Below are positions 11,406 through 19,480 of a DNA stretch of 42,136 bases, in pieces. This DNA is from an uncultured Collinsella sp. Its GTDB lineage: Bacteria > Actinomycetota > Coriobacteriia > Coriobacteriales > Coriobacteriaceae. The translations under genes were made by a program, and so were the position numbers. The stretch is from positions 1 through 42,136 of the forward strand of contig CABRWN010000001.1 in the NCBI GenBank assembly GCA_902474645.1, written 5' to 3'. Position 1 is the stretch's first letter; every line of letters starts with the position of its first letter. The notes beneath the pieces are model-generated. The model did not search any database. It saw only the letters and a program-made list of their open reading frames with translations, and was not told the origin of the DNA.

Positions 11406-12758
11406 TTAGCTCTGAGCTCGCACGCGAGCGGCGCCGAGTTCGGTCAGATGGTATTTCTGGCCATGCTTGATGACCAAGCCGGCCTGCGCCAAGTCATTGA
11501 GCGTGCGTGACCAAGTGGGGGCCGAGTTTCCAAACGCCCTCGCCAGATCGGTTGCACCGCACGCTTGATTTTGCGCCAGATAGCCCAGCGCGGCGTTGCC
11601 GCGATCGCTTACGAACACGTCCGGTTGTGGCTGCGCATACTGATTTGCTGCATTAGGATACATCATTTGAGCTGCTGGTTGTTGAGAACTCTGCATCGGC
11701 GGCATTTGCTGTTGAAAACTTTGAGGCCACTGTTGGTAAGGCTGTGGAGGCACCTGCTGGGCCCAGGGGTTGTACTGCTGCTGCGGCATCTGCTGGTACG
11801 GCTGCTGATATCCCTGCTGGTACTGCTGCGGGAACTGCTGGCCGCACCCCAGTGGCGACATCTGCTGATATGGATATCCCTGTTGGTACGGCTGATAGCC
11901 CATTTGCTGGCCACCCGGTGCCCCCGTCGCCTGCTGCATTGCTGCTGCATCCTGATCCGCCAGCGGCATGGCCTCTGGCATGTTTGGCGGCATCGACATC
12001 GATGCCGCTTGGGGTTCTTGTGTAGGAAGCATTCCGGGCTGCTGCATCTGTCCCACGGGGGGCTGCATCTGCTGCGTTGCCATGGGCTGCTGCGCAAAAG
12101 CTCCCGGCAGGGGATATGTGGGCTGCTCCGTCTCGGGCCGCACGGCAGCGCCGCGTCCGCCGGCACGCTCGATTTCCTGCACGCGTTTAGGGTTCAGGCT
12201 TACCGTAACCACGGTGCCGTTGCCCATGTTGTCCTCGATGGATACGGCACCGCCGGCGTTTTCCAAATACTCCTGCACCATGGGAAACCCTGCTCCGGTT
12301 CCACGGATATAGCGCTTCATCTTGCTGTTTGCACTGGTAACGCCAAAGTCGAAAGCGCGCTCCTTGTCGTCGATGCCGGGTCCTTGATCGGCAAAGCGGA
12401 TGGTGTCTCCGCCGTCCAGAATCGAGATGATGGGCTCGGCAAAGTGCGCGTGGATAAAGTTTTCGACAATCTCGCGGATGACCATGAGCGAGATATGGCC
12501 ACCTTGTTCTTTCATGCACTGGTAGACGGTGTTGGTGGTCTCTTCCAAATACGTGCGGACATCTTGCGGATCAATGACGATCACACGCGGTGTCGACAGC
12601 ATGTCGTCATAGACGGCGATGCGTGCGGCGTACATGGCTTTTGGCGCCTGCGTGGTCGTCTGCTCGCCTTCCTCACGCTCTTCGCGCACGCCGGTGATGT
12701 GCTCGTTGTCGGGTGCCGGGTCTCCGGAATCGACCATGGTGTAAAAGTCGTCAGACAT
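11406..12758 (-). CDS. GHKL (HATPase_c-like) ATP-binding protein with Gln/Pro-rich linker and C-terminal winged HTH
   Basis: N-box IREIVENFIHA, G1 FADQGPGI, G2 RGTGAGF, GTVVTV; ~170 aa Q/P/M/Y-rich region; C-terminal GATDLARAFGNSAPTWSRTLNDLAQAGLV...YHLTELG. Confidence 0.8.
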   Translation of the reverse strand: MSDDFYTMVDSGDPAPDNEHITGVREEREEGEQTTTQAPKAMYAARIAVYDDMLSTPRVIVIDPQDVRTYLEETTNTVYQCMKEQGGHISLMVIREIVENFIHAHFAEPIISILDGGDTIRFADQGPGIDDKERAFDFGVTSANSKMKRYIRGTGAGFPMVQEYLENAGGAVSIEDNMGNGTVVTVSLNPKRVQEIERAGGRGAAVRPETEQPTYPLPGAFAQQPMATQQMQPPVGQMQQPGMLPTQEPQAASMSMPPNMPEAMPLADQDAAAMQQATGAPGGQQMGYQPYQQGYPYQQMSPLGCGQQFPQQYQQGYQQPYQQMPQQQYNPWAQQVPPQPYQQWPQSFQQQMPPMQSSQQPAAQMMYPNAANQYAQPQPDVFVSDRGNAALGYLAQNQACGATDLARAFGNSAPTWSRTLNDLAQAGLVIKHGQKYHLTELGAARVRAQS

Positions 12759-12781
12759 GCCGCTCGCAATCTTTCATAAGG

Positions 12782-12925
12782 TTTCGAACAAATAGTAGCT
12801 CACTGTGCAATGTTTCTCATCTTTCGACAACTTTTCAAAACCTGTTGAAAACTTTGGAAAACGGACGAAAAGTTCTCAACATTGCCAACATGACCTGTTG
12901 AAAACTCGATGAAATATCGTGAAAA
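12782..12925. promoter_or_regulatory. cluster of DnaA-box-like 9-mers upstream of the dnaA operon
   Basis: TGTTGAAAA 12843 and 12896, TTCTCAACA 12873, TTGCCAACA 12882, TTTTCAAAA 12832, TTTGGAAAA 12853, CTTTCGACA 12821, TTTCGAACA 12782. Confidence 0.65.
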
Positions 12926-13001
12926 GTTGCCATACACCGCTAAATCGAGCTCGGCTTATGGGGGAACCGTGTGAACTGCGCAACCTTTTACCTTTGATTT
13001 C

Positions 13002-13031
13002 TTGACATTTGAACATTGATTTCCCTACAAT
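13002..13031 (+). promoter_or_regulatory. sigma-70-type promoter of the rpmH operon
   Basis: TTGACA (13002-13007), 18 bp spacer, TACAAT (13026-13031). Confidence 0.7.
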
Positions 13032-13103
13032 CTTCAAGCTCACGTGTCTATATCTGCGTCCGCGCCCCCGCGGACACTCGAAATGCAGCAGGAGGAACTT
13101 AAG

Positions 13104-13238
13104 ATGAAGCGTACGTATCAGCCTAATAAGCGTAAGCGTGCCAAGACCCATGGCTTCCGTGCCCGTATGGCCACTAAGGGTGGTCGTGCCGTGCTCGCCC
13201 GTCGTCGCGCCAAGGGCCGCAAGCGTCTCACTGTCTAG
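13104..13238 (+). CDS. rpmH: 50S ribosomal protein L34
   Basis: [53 protein letters not shown] upstream of ATG 13104. Confidence 0.98.
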   Translation: MKRTYQPNKRKRAKTHGFRARMATKGGRAVLARRRAKGRKRLTV

Positions 13239-13258
13239 CAGCGATACACACATCTCGC

Positions 13259-13597
13259 ATGAAGACTATTAAGTCTCGGCAAGATTTCGAGCATGTGTTC
13301 AGTCAGGGGCGTCGTTTCAATCACCCTCTGATTCGAATGACCATATGTGAATCGGTTGGCGAAGGCGACTCCGGAAGGGTCGCCTTCGTTGGTGCTAAGC
13401 GACTCGGTTGTGCCGTCGTGCGCAACCGATCTAAGCGTGTGATGCGCGAGGCCGCCCGCAGCTGCGGATTTCCCGTTGCGGGTTATGACATCATCTTGTT
13501 CGCAACTCCCAAGACGAGGGTTTCCTCGCCGCAGGAGATGGACAAGGCGTTGCGTTCGCTTATGAAGCGCGCCGGCGTTGCCGGGGAGGAGCGATGA
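13259..13597 (+). CDS. rnpA: ribonuclease P protein component
   Basis: RNR motif KRLGCAVVRNRSKRVMRE; follows rpmH. Confidence 0.95.
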   Translation: MKTIKSRQDFEHVFSQGRRFNHPLIRMTICESVGEGDSGRVAFVGAKRLGCAVVRNRSKRVMREAARSCGFPVAGYDIILFATPKTRVSSPQEMDKALRSLMKRAGVAGEER

Positions 13598-13818
13598 GCA
13601 ATCACGTTTTGCGACGTGTTGCCATCGCTCCTATTCGCATATATCAACAGGTTATTTCGCCCTTATTGCCTGACGCGTGCATTTATTACCCAACGTGCTC
13701 GCAATACGCCATCCAGGCGATTGAGAAGTACGGTTTTTTGAGAGGCTGCTGGCTTGCCGTGAGGCGCATCGCTCGCTGCAATCCCCTGCACGTCGGCGGT
13801 TATGACCCTGTGCCTTAG
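13594..13818 (+). CDS. yidD: membrane protein insertion efficiency factor YidD
   Basis: YQQVISP, CIYYPTCSQYA, RCNP..GGYDPVP. Confidence 0.95.
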   Translation: MSNHVLRRVAIAPIRIYQQVISPLLPDACIYYPTCSQYAIQAIEKYGFLRGCWLAVRRIARCNPLHVGGYDPVP

Positions 13819-13847
13819 CGGGCACTCGCTATCGGAGGAAAACTTAC

Positions 13848-14618
13848 ATGTGGGATTGGATCGTTAACATCATTTTCGAGCTGCTCAAGCTCATCCAGGC
13901 CTTTGCGGTCGACTGGGGCCTGTCCATCATCATCCTGGTGGTCATCATCCGTCTGCTGCTGACGCCGCTCATGCTCAAGTCGACAAAGTCGACGGCTCGC
14001 ATGCAGGTGCTGCAGCCCAAGATGCTCGAAATCCAGGAGCGCTACGCCGACGATCCCCAGCGTCAGGCCGAGGAGATGCAGAAGTTCTACAGCGAGAACA
14101 AGTTCAATCCGCTGGCCGGCTGCCTGCCGCTTCTGATTCAGATGCCCGTCCTTATCGCCCTGTTCACGCTTCTGCGCAACCTGCCGCAGTACTTTAACGA
14201 GGGCACGTTCTCGTTCTTCAACATCCTGCCCGACCTGACCACCACGCCGAGCGCTTCCTTTGCCGATGGCTTTATGGTTGCGTTGCCTGCGCTGGTTTGC
14301 CTGATTCTCTTCGCTGTCTTGACCCTGATTCCGCAGCTGTATATGTCCCGCAATCAGACCGGTCAGCAGGCCCAGAGCATGCGTATGATGGCCGTTGTCA
14401 TGACCGTTATGATGCTTTGGATGGGCTGGAGCCTGCCCGTCGGCGTTCTGCTGTACTACGATGTGTCTTCTGCCTGGCAGGTTATCCAGCAGATCTTTGT
14501 GACGCAGAAGGTCATCGACAAGGCGAAGGCCGATGAGGAGGAGCGTCTTAAGAACGCTCCGCTGCAGGTTGAGGTCACTCGTCGCGAGAAGAAGCCGCGC
14601 CCGCACAAGAAGAAGTAG
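13848..14618 (+). CDS. yidC: membrane protein insertase YidC/Oxa1
   Basis: WGLSIIILVVIIRLLLTPL, LQPKMLEIQERY, GCLPLLIQMPV, LLYY; synteny. Confidence 0.93.
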   Translation: MWDWIVNIIFELLKLIQAFAVDWGLSIIILVVIIRLLLTPLMLKSTKSTARMQVLQPKMLEIQERYADDPQRQAEEMQKFYSENKFNPLAGCLPLLIQMPVLIALFTLLRNLPQYFNEGTFSFFNILPDLTTTPSASFADGFMVALPALVCLILFAVLTLIPQLYMSRNQTGQQAQSMRMMAVVMTVMMLWMGWSLPVGVLLYYDVSSAWQVIQQIFVTQKVIDKAKADEEERLKNAPLQVEVTRREKKPRPHKKK

Positions 14619-14662
14619 TGGGATATCAATCTTATTTAGGTACCTAACTTTTGGAGTACGTT

Positions 14663-15232
14663 ATGTCTGAAGAGATCATCGAGGATATGCTTGAGGAGGT
14701 TGCCCCGCAGGTCGCGGGCGATTATCCCGAGATTGCACAGCGCTACAAGGCTGGTGAAGAGCTGACCGATGAGGAGCTCGACACCATTGCCGATGTTGCG
14801 ATTTCCATCCTGCGTTCCATCCTTTCGCACTTCGATGCCGCCAACTCTCCTATCGATGAGTATGAGGGCGACGAGGGTGAGCTGATTTTGGATGTAACGG
14901 CTCCCGACCTTGCCGTTCTCATTGGCCGTCATGGTCGCACCCTTGATGCCCTTCAGGTTATGTTCTCTTTGCTGGTGAGCCGCAAACTTGGCTTTAGGTA
15001 TCCGGTTGTAGTGGACGTCGAGGGATATAAGAGCCGCCGTCAGGACAAGGTTGCCTCCATGGCTCAGTCTGCTGCCGAGCGTGCCATTCGCACTCATAAG
15101 AGTGTTTCGCTTCCGCCCATGAATGCCTACGAGCGTCGACTGGTTCACATTGCACTTCGTGGCAATGATGCCGTCGATACTCATTCTGAGGGTTCTGACC
15201 CTGATCGCCATGTGGTGATTGTTGCTCGATAA
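14663..15232 (+). CDS. jag: Jag/KhpB (EloR) RNA-binding protein, KH + R3H domains
   Basis: KH GxxG LIGRHGRTLDALQ; R3H PMNAYERRLVH; GGAG RBS before ATG 14663. Confidence 0.9.
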   Translation: MSEEIIEDMLEEVAPQVAGDYPEIAQRYKAGEELTDEELDTIADVAISILRSILSHFDAANSPIDEYEGDEGELILDVTAPDLAVLIGRHGRTLDALQVMFSLLVSRKLGFRYPVVVDVEGYKSRRQDKVASMAQSAAERAIRTHKSVSLPPMNAYERRLVHIALRGNDAVDTHSEGSDPDRHVVIVAR

Positions 15233-15250
15233 TCTACTCGAGCTTATGCT

Positions 15251-15282
15251 AAGGGGACGTGGTTTCCACGTCCCCTTTTTTT
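15251..15282 (+). terminator. intrinsic terminator after jag
   Basis: AAGGGGACGTGG-TTT-CCACGTCCCCTT followed by a T-run. Confidence 0.8.
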
Positions 15283-15328
15283 GTCAAAAGTTCTCGATAC
15301 ACTGATTTTTGTCAGAAAGGAGCTTTCG

Positions 15329-16066
15329 TTGTTAGTACTTACTGATCAGCAGGCTGACGAGATGCTGAGTCGCCTAACTTCCTATTGCAAAGAGTATTCC
15401 TTGAGCGTAACTGATGTTGAGCTGAGGAAATGTATTCAACATTTGGATTTGGTTCTGGAAACAAATAAGACGACCAATCTCACCCGTATTCTTAACGTAG
15501 AGGATGCTGCCGTACTTCATATCCTCGACTCACTTGTTTTGCTCCCCTATATCAATAAGGCTCCTGAGGGAGCTTTGCTCGATATGGGTACAGGTGCGGG
15601 CTTCCCTGGTATTCCGTTAACGCTAGCCACGCATCGTAAAGCTACTTATATTGACTCTGTTGGCAAGAAGGTTGATGCTGTCAATTCCTTTGTCCATGCT
15701 CTTGGATTAAAACATGCTCATGCGGTTCATGATCGTCTTGAAGAATATGCTCGAAGCCATAAGAAGCAGTTCTCTGTCGTAACCGCCCGCGCACTGGCCC
15801 CTCTACCGATTCTTGTTGAGTATGCGGCTCCGTTCCTCAAGGATGGAGGTCTATTTGTTATCACCAAGGGCAATCCTTCGGATGAGGAGCTTGCTTCCGG
15901 CATGTCAGCAGCTAAGATTTGCGGCTTCACTTCGCTTCTGAATGACGCAATTGATTTGCCTGAGGGCTTGGGCCACAGGGAGTTCATTGTTCTTAAGAAG
16001 AGTCATCCAGCATCTGTTTCATTACCTCGTGCAAATGGCATGGCAAAGAAGAATCCGCTTGCCTAG
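15329..16066 (+). CDS. rsmG: 16S rRNA m7G527 methyltransferase RsmG (GidB)
   Basis: NLTRI, HILDSL, DMGTGAGFPGIPL, VTARA; likely TTG start at 15329 after AGGAG. Confidence 0.95.
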   Translation: MLVLTDQQADEMLSRLTSYCKEYSLSVTDVELRKCIQHLDLVLETNKTTNLTRILNVEDAAVLHILDSLVLLPYINKAPEGALLDMGTGAGFPGIPLTLATHRKATYIDSVGKKVDAVNSFVHALGLKHAHAVHDRLEEYARSHKKQFSVVTARALAPLPILVEYAAPFLKDGGLFVITKGNPSDEELASGMSAAKICGFTSLLNDAIDLPEGLGHREFIVLKKSHPASVSLPRANGMAKKNPLA

Positions 16067-16067
16067 A

Positions 16068-16161
16068 TGTTTCACGTGAAACATAATGGATACTAACAAC
16101 TTGCAGTGTTTCACGTGAAACATGGCGGTTGATATCGAATCGGAATGTTTCACGTGAAACA
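16068..16161. promoter_or_regulatory. three perfect parS palindromes
   Basis: TGTTTCACGTGAAACA at 16068-16083, 16107-16122 and 16146-16161, directly upstream of parA. Confidence 0.93.
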
Positions 16162-16200
16162 TCCTCCGTTTGACAGCTTTAATACACACCAGGAGGGACC

Positions 16201-17001
16201 GTGGGATTTCGCGACGTTAAGCGTTCTAAGAGCGCAAAAGACACGCGTATAATTGCAATCATCAATCAAAAAGGCGGCGTCGGTAAGTCAACGACAGCTG
16301 TAAATCTTGCAGCAGCACTTGGAGAGCAGGGTCGTAAGACACTGATTGTCGATTTTGATCCACAGGGAAACAGCACCAGTGGATTTGGAATTGAAAAAGA
16401 AGACCTTGATCACTGCATCTATGATGCATTGTTGAATGATGTGCCGGCAGAATCGCTTGTTCTTGATACAAATTGCAAAAAGGTATTTGTAATTCCGGCA
16501 ACAATTCAGCTTGCAGGCGCAGAAATTGAGCTCGTAAGCGCAATTGCTCGTGAAACCCGCCTCAAAGATTTGCTTGAGCCGATTCAGGACGAGTTTGACT
16601 TTATTTTCATTGACTGTCCTCCTTCGCTCGGCCTGCTTACTATCAACGCTTTGACCGCAGCAGACAGCGTTTTGATTCCGATCCAGTGCGAATATTACGC
16701 ACTCGAGGGCGTTACCAAGCTGCTTGAGTCAATGAAGATGGTCAAATCACGGCTGAACAAGGGCTTAGACACCTATGGTGTGCTTATGACCATGTATGAC
16801 TCGCGTACTTCACTATCGAATCAGGTTGTTGAAGAGGTTCAATCGTACTTTGGTGATAAGGCGTTTAAGACGCTAATCCCCCGTACGGTTAAAATCTCCG
16901 AAGCTCCGTCTTTTGGAGAACCGGTAATTACCTATGCACCTCAAAATAAGGGTGCAAAAGCATATATGAACCTTGCAAAAGAGGTGATCAAGCGTGCCTA
17001 G
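16201..17001 (+). CDS. parA: chromosome partitioning ATPase ParA/Soj
   Basis: NQKGGVGKSTT, DFDPQGN, DCPPSLG, PIQCEYYALEG, SEAPSFG. Confidence 0.96.
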   Translation: MGFRDVKRSKSAKDTRIIAIINQKGGVGKSTTAVNLAAALGEQGRKTLIVDFDPQGNSTSGFGIEKEDLDHCIYDALLNDVPAESLVLDTNCKKVFVIPATIQLAGAEIELVSAIARETRLKDLLEPIQDEFDFIFIDCPPSLGLLTINALTAADSVLIPIQCEYYALEGVTKLLESMKMVKSRLNKGLDTYGVLMTMYDSRTSLSNQVVEEVQSYFGDKAFKTLIPRTVKISEAPSFGEPVITYAPQNKGAKAYMNLAKEVIKRA

Positions 17002-17899
17002 TGTAAAGAAACGTGGCGGATTGGGACGTGGACTCAATGCTTTGGTCTCAGAGGCCGAGTATGAGACCGGCGGTTCGGCTGCATCGGCTTCAAATGCAGC
17101 ATCTGAAACAAAACTACCTATTGAGGATATCGTTCCCAACCCTAATCAGCCGCGAATTCACTTTAACGAAACTGAACTTCGCGAGTTGAGCGAGTCAATC
17201 CAAGAACATGGCGTTTTGCAGCCGCTTTTGGTTCGCAAGCATGGAAACGGCTATGAGATCATCGCTGGTGAGCGTCGTTACCAGGCATCAAAGCTTGCTG
17301 GTCTTGAGGAACTGCCTGTCATCATTAAAGAAGTTAATGATGAAGAGATGTTGGCTCTTGCTCTTATCGAAAACCTTCAGCGTTCTGATCTGAATCCCGT
17401 CGAAGAGGCTAAGGGCTATCGCCAACTCATTGATGCCAGCGGGATGACCCAGGAGGCATTGTCGAAGGCAGTAAGCAAGTCACGCTCTGCAATTACAAAC
17501 TCGCTGCGTCTTCTCGATCTCCCCGAAGTAGTTCAGCAGATGATTTTTGAGGGCAAACTTACTGCTGGTCATGCACGTGCGATTCTTGCAGTTCCCTATG
17601 AGGACGCGCGTATTCGACTTGCAGAGAAAGTTGTTACAGAGGGCCTTTCCGTAAGAGCGACAGAAAATCTTGCTCCGTTGTTTTCTGCCGGAGAGACACC
17701 TAAGACGCCAAGGCCTGCAACGCCTCAGTCCTTTAAAAAGGCTGCCCGTGTGCTTCGTCAGGTATTTAATACCAACGTGCGTGTGAAGAGCTCGCGTGGA
17801 AAGAATAAGATTGAGATTGAGTTTAAAGACGAGGAAGAGCTCTCTCGTATTCTTGGCGAAATGATTCAGTTTGATCAAGGAGGCCAAGATGAGGAATAA
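16994..17899 (+). CDS. parB: chromosome partitioning protein ParB/Spo0J
   Basis: GLGRGLNAL, PNPNQPR, IIAGERRYQA, ENLQRSDLN, HTH. Confidence 0.96.
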   Translation: MPSVKKRGGLGRGLNALVSEAEYETGGSAASASNAASETKLPIEDIVPNPNQPRIHFNETELRELSESIQEHGVLQPLLVRKHGNGYEIIAGERRYQASKLAGLEELPVIIKEVNDEEMLALALIENLQRSDLNPVEEAKGYRQLIDASGMTQEALSKAVSKSRSAITNSLRLLDLPEVVQQMIFEGKLTAGHARAILAVPYEDARIRLAEKVVTEGLSVRATENLAPLFSAGETPKTPRPATPQSFKKAARVLRQVFNTNVRVKSSRGKNKIEIEFKDEEELSRILGEMIQFDQGGQDEE

Positions 17900-18143
17900 G
17901 ATTTTAACAGCGATTGCATTGGTGACGACTGTCGCGGCTGGTGCCTTTGCTGGCTATAAGATCGCGACAGACGATGAACTTCGAGGTCGTTTGCTTCGTG
18001 GCGCGCAAGATATCGTCGATACTTCCAAAAAGAAAATGGATGTTATGACGGAAGATGTTGCCATGCGTACTGCTCAGGTAACGAAGAATCCCAAGATTAA
18101 TCAAGGTTGGGTCAGCAACCAATGGGAAAATGTAGGCTATTAG
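17889..18143 (+). CDS. small N-terminally membrane-anchored hypothetical protein
   Basis: MRNKILTAIALVTTVAAGAFAGYK hydrophobic helix; start overlaps the parB 3' end; followed by a terminator. Confidence 0.7.
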   Translation: MRNKILTAIALVTTVAAGAFAGYKIATDDELRGRLLRGAQDIVDTSKKKMDVMTEDVAMRTAQVTKNPKINQGWVSNQWENVGY

Positions 18144-18171
18144 GTACCTAACAATTACTCAGCATATTTTG

Positions 18172-18213
18172 AGGGGTCCTTGTCTGATTCATGAGACAAG
18201 GACCCCTTATTTT
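18172..18213 (+). terminator. intrinsic terminator of the parAB operon
   Basis: AGGGGTCCTTGTCT/AGACAAGGACCCCT 14-bp stem + TATTTT. Confidence 0.75.
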
Positions 18214-18261
18214 GGCCGTAAAAAATGGGACAGGTAGCAGCTGATTCAAATTTAAGGTCAA

Positions 18262-18305
18262 TAAATGAAACGACCCCGGTTGCATATTCTGTAACCGGGG
18301 TCGTT
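18262..18305 (-). terminator. intrinsic terminator of rlmN
   Basis: AACGACCCCGGTTGCA/TGTAACCGGGGTCGTT stem with an A-rich left flank. Confidence 0.65.
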
Positions 18306-18308
18306 CGA

Positions 18309-18324
18309 TGTTTCACATGAAACG
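18309..18324. promoter_or_regulatory. parS-like site
   Basis: TGTTTCACATGAAACG, 2 mismatches from the consensus. Confidence 0.7.
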
Positions 18325-18342
18325 TTTTGGGATGCGACTCCC

Positions 18343-19395
18343 CTATGCGTTCTTCTGAACTTTGAAGCGCTGCTTCAGCTGTCCGCAAGCGGCGTCAATA
18401 TCGTTACCACGGGAGTTACGAATCGTGGTCTCGATGCCACGGGACTCAAGACGACGTTGAAGATCCTCAACCTTATGAATCGGCGACGGCTTGAGCGGGC
18501 TACCCTCGATGTCGTTAAGCTGAATGAGGTTAACGTGGCACAGCGTTCCCTCACAGAAGTCGCAGAGCGCCTGCATTTCCGGATTCGTATCGTTGACGCC
18601 TTCGATCATGGCATACTCATAGGTCGGGCGGCGGCCGGTCTTCTCGGTGTAGAGCTGAAGCGCTTCGTGAAGGCGAAGCAGCGTGTACTTCTTAACACCA
18701 GGCATGAGCTTATTGCGCGTCGACTGGATGGCGGAATGCAGGGAAACGGCAAGCGTGAACTGCTCGGGGATGTCGGCAAATTTGCGAATACCGGGAATAA
18801 CGCCGCTGGTAGAGACGGTGAGGTGACGAGCGCCGATACCGATGCCATCGGGGTCGTTGAGGGTTCGCAGCGCCTTGAGAACCTCGTCGTAGTTGGCAAA
18901 CGGCTCGCCCTGGCCCATGAAGACTACGCTCGTGGCGCGCTCGCCAAAGTCGTTGGATACATGAAGTACCTGGTCGACGATCTCTTGAGCGGTCAGAGAG
19001 CGCTTGAGGCCGTTGAGACCGGTAGCGCAAAAGGCACAGCCCATGCCACAGCCTGCCTGGGTGGAAACGCAGACGGAAAGTTTGTTACGACGGGGCATGC
19101 CGACGGTCTCGACGGAAACGCCGTCGTGGTACTCGAGCAGATACTTGCGAGAGCCATCTTTGGAAACCTGCTTGGTGAGTTCAGTCGGCGTGTCAAAGGC
19201 AAAAGCCTCTTTAAGCTGCTCGCGGAAAGCCTTGGGAAGGTTGGTCATATCGTCAAACGAACAAACGTTCTTCTCAAAGACCCATTCGTTGAGCTGCTTC
19301 GCGCGGAAGGCGGGCTGGCCAAGCTCGGCCACGAGCTCGCGAATATCGTTTTGGCTCAAGTCGCGAATGTCCTGAGATTTAGTCCTGGGATTCAT
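18343..19395 (-). CDS. rlmN: 23S rRNA m2A2503/tRNA methyltransferase RlmN
   Basis: CVSTQAGCGMGCAFCATG radical-SAM motif, FMGQGEP, SLHS, DIDAACGQL. Confidence 0.95.
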   Translation of the reverse strand: MNPRTKSQDIRDLSQNDIRELVAELGQPAFRAKQLNEWVFEKNVCSFDDMTNLPKAFREQLKEAFAFDTPTELTKQVSKDGSRKYLLEYHDGVSVETVGMPRRNKLSVCVSTQAGCGMGCAFCATGLNGLKRSLTAQEIVDQVLHVSNDFGERATSVVFMGQGEPFANYDEVLKALRTLNDPDGIGIGARHLTVSTSGVIPGIRKFADIPEQFTLAVSLHSAIQSTRNKLMPGVKKYTLLRLHEALQLYTEKTGRRPTYEYAMIEGVNDTNPEMQALCDFCEGTLCHVNLIQLNDIEGSPLKPSPIHKVEDLQRRLESRGIETTIRNSRGNDIDAACGQLKQRFKVQKNA

Positions 19396-19480
19396 GGAAG
19401 CCTTTCGATTTTGGGGAAACGTAGAGGGTATCGCTACAATATGGTATCAGCTGCAGAAATTATAGAGGAGGAGTCTGCCC

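Noticed and set aside
16068..16161. Mini CRISPR array (three identical repeats, equal-length unique spacers)
   Set aside because: The repeat is the 16-bp parS consensus directly upstream of parAB; too short for a CRISPR repeat and no cas genes are present.
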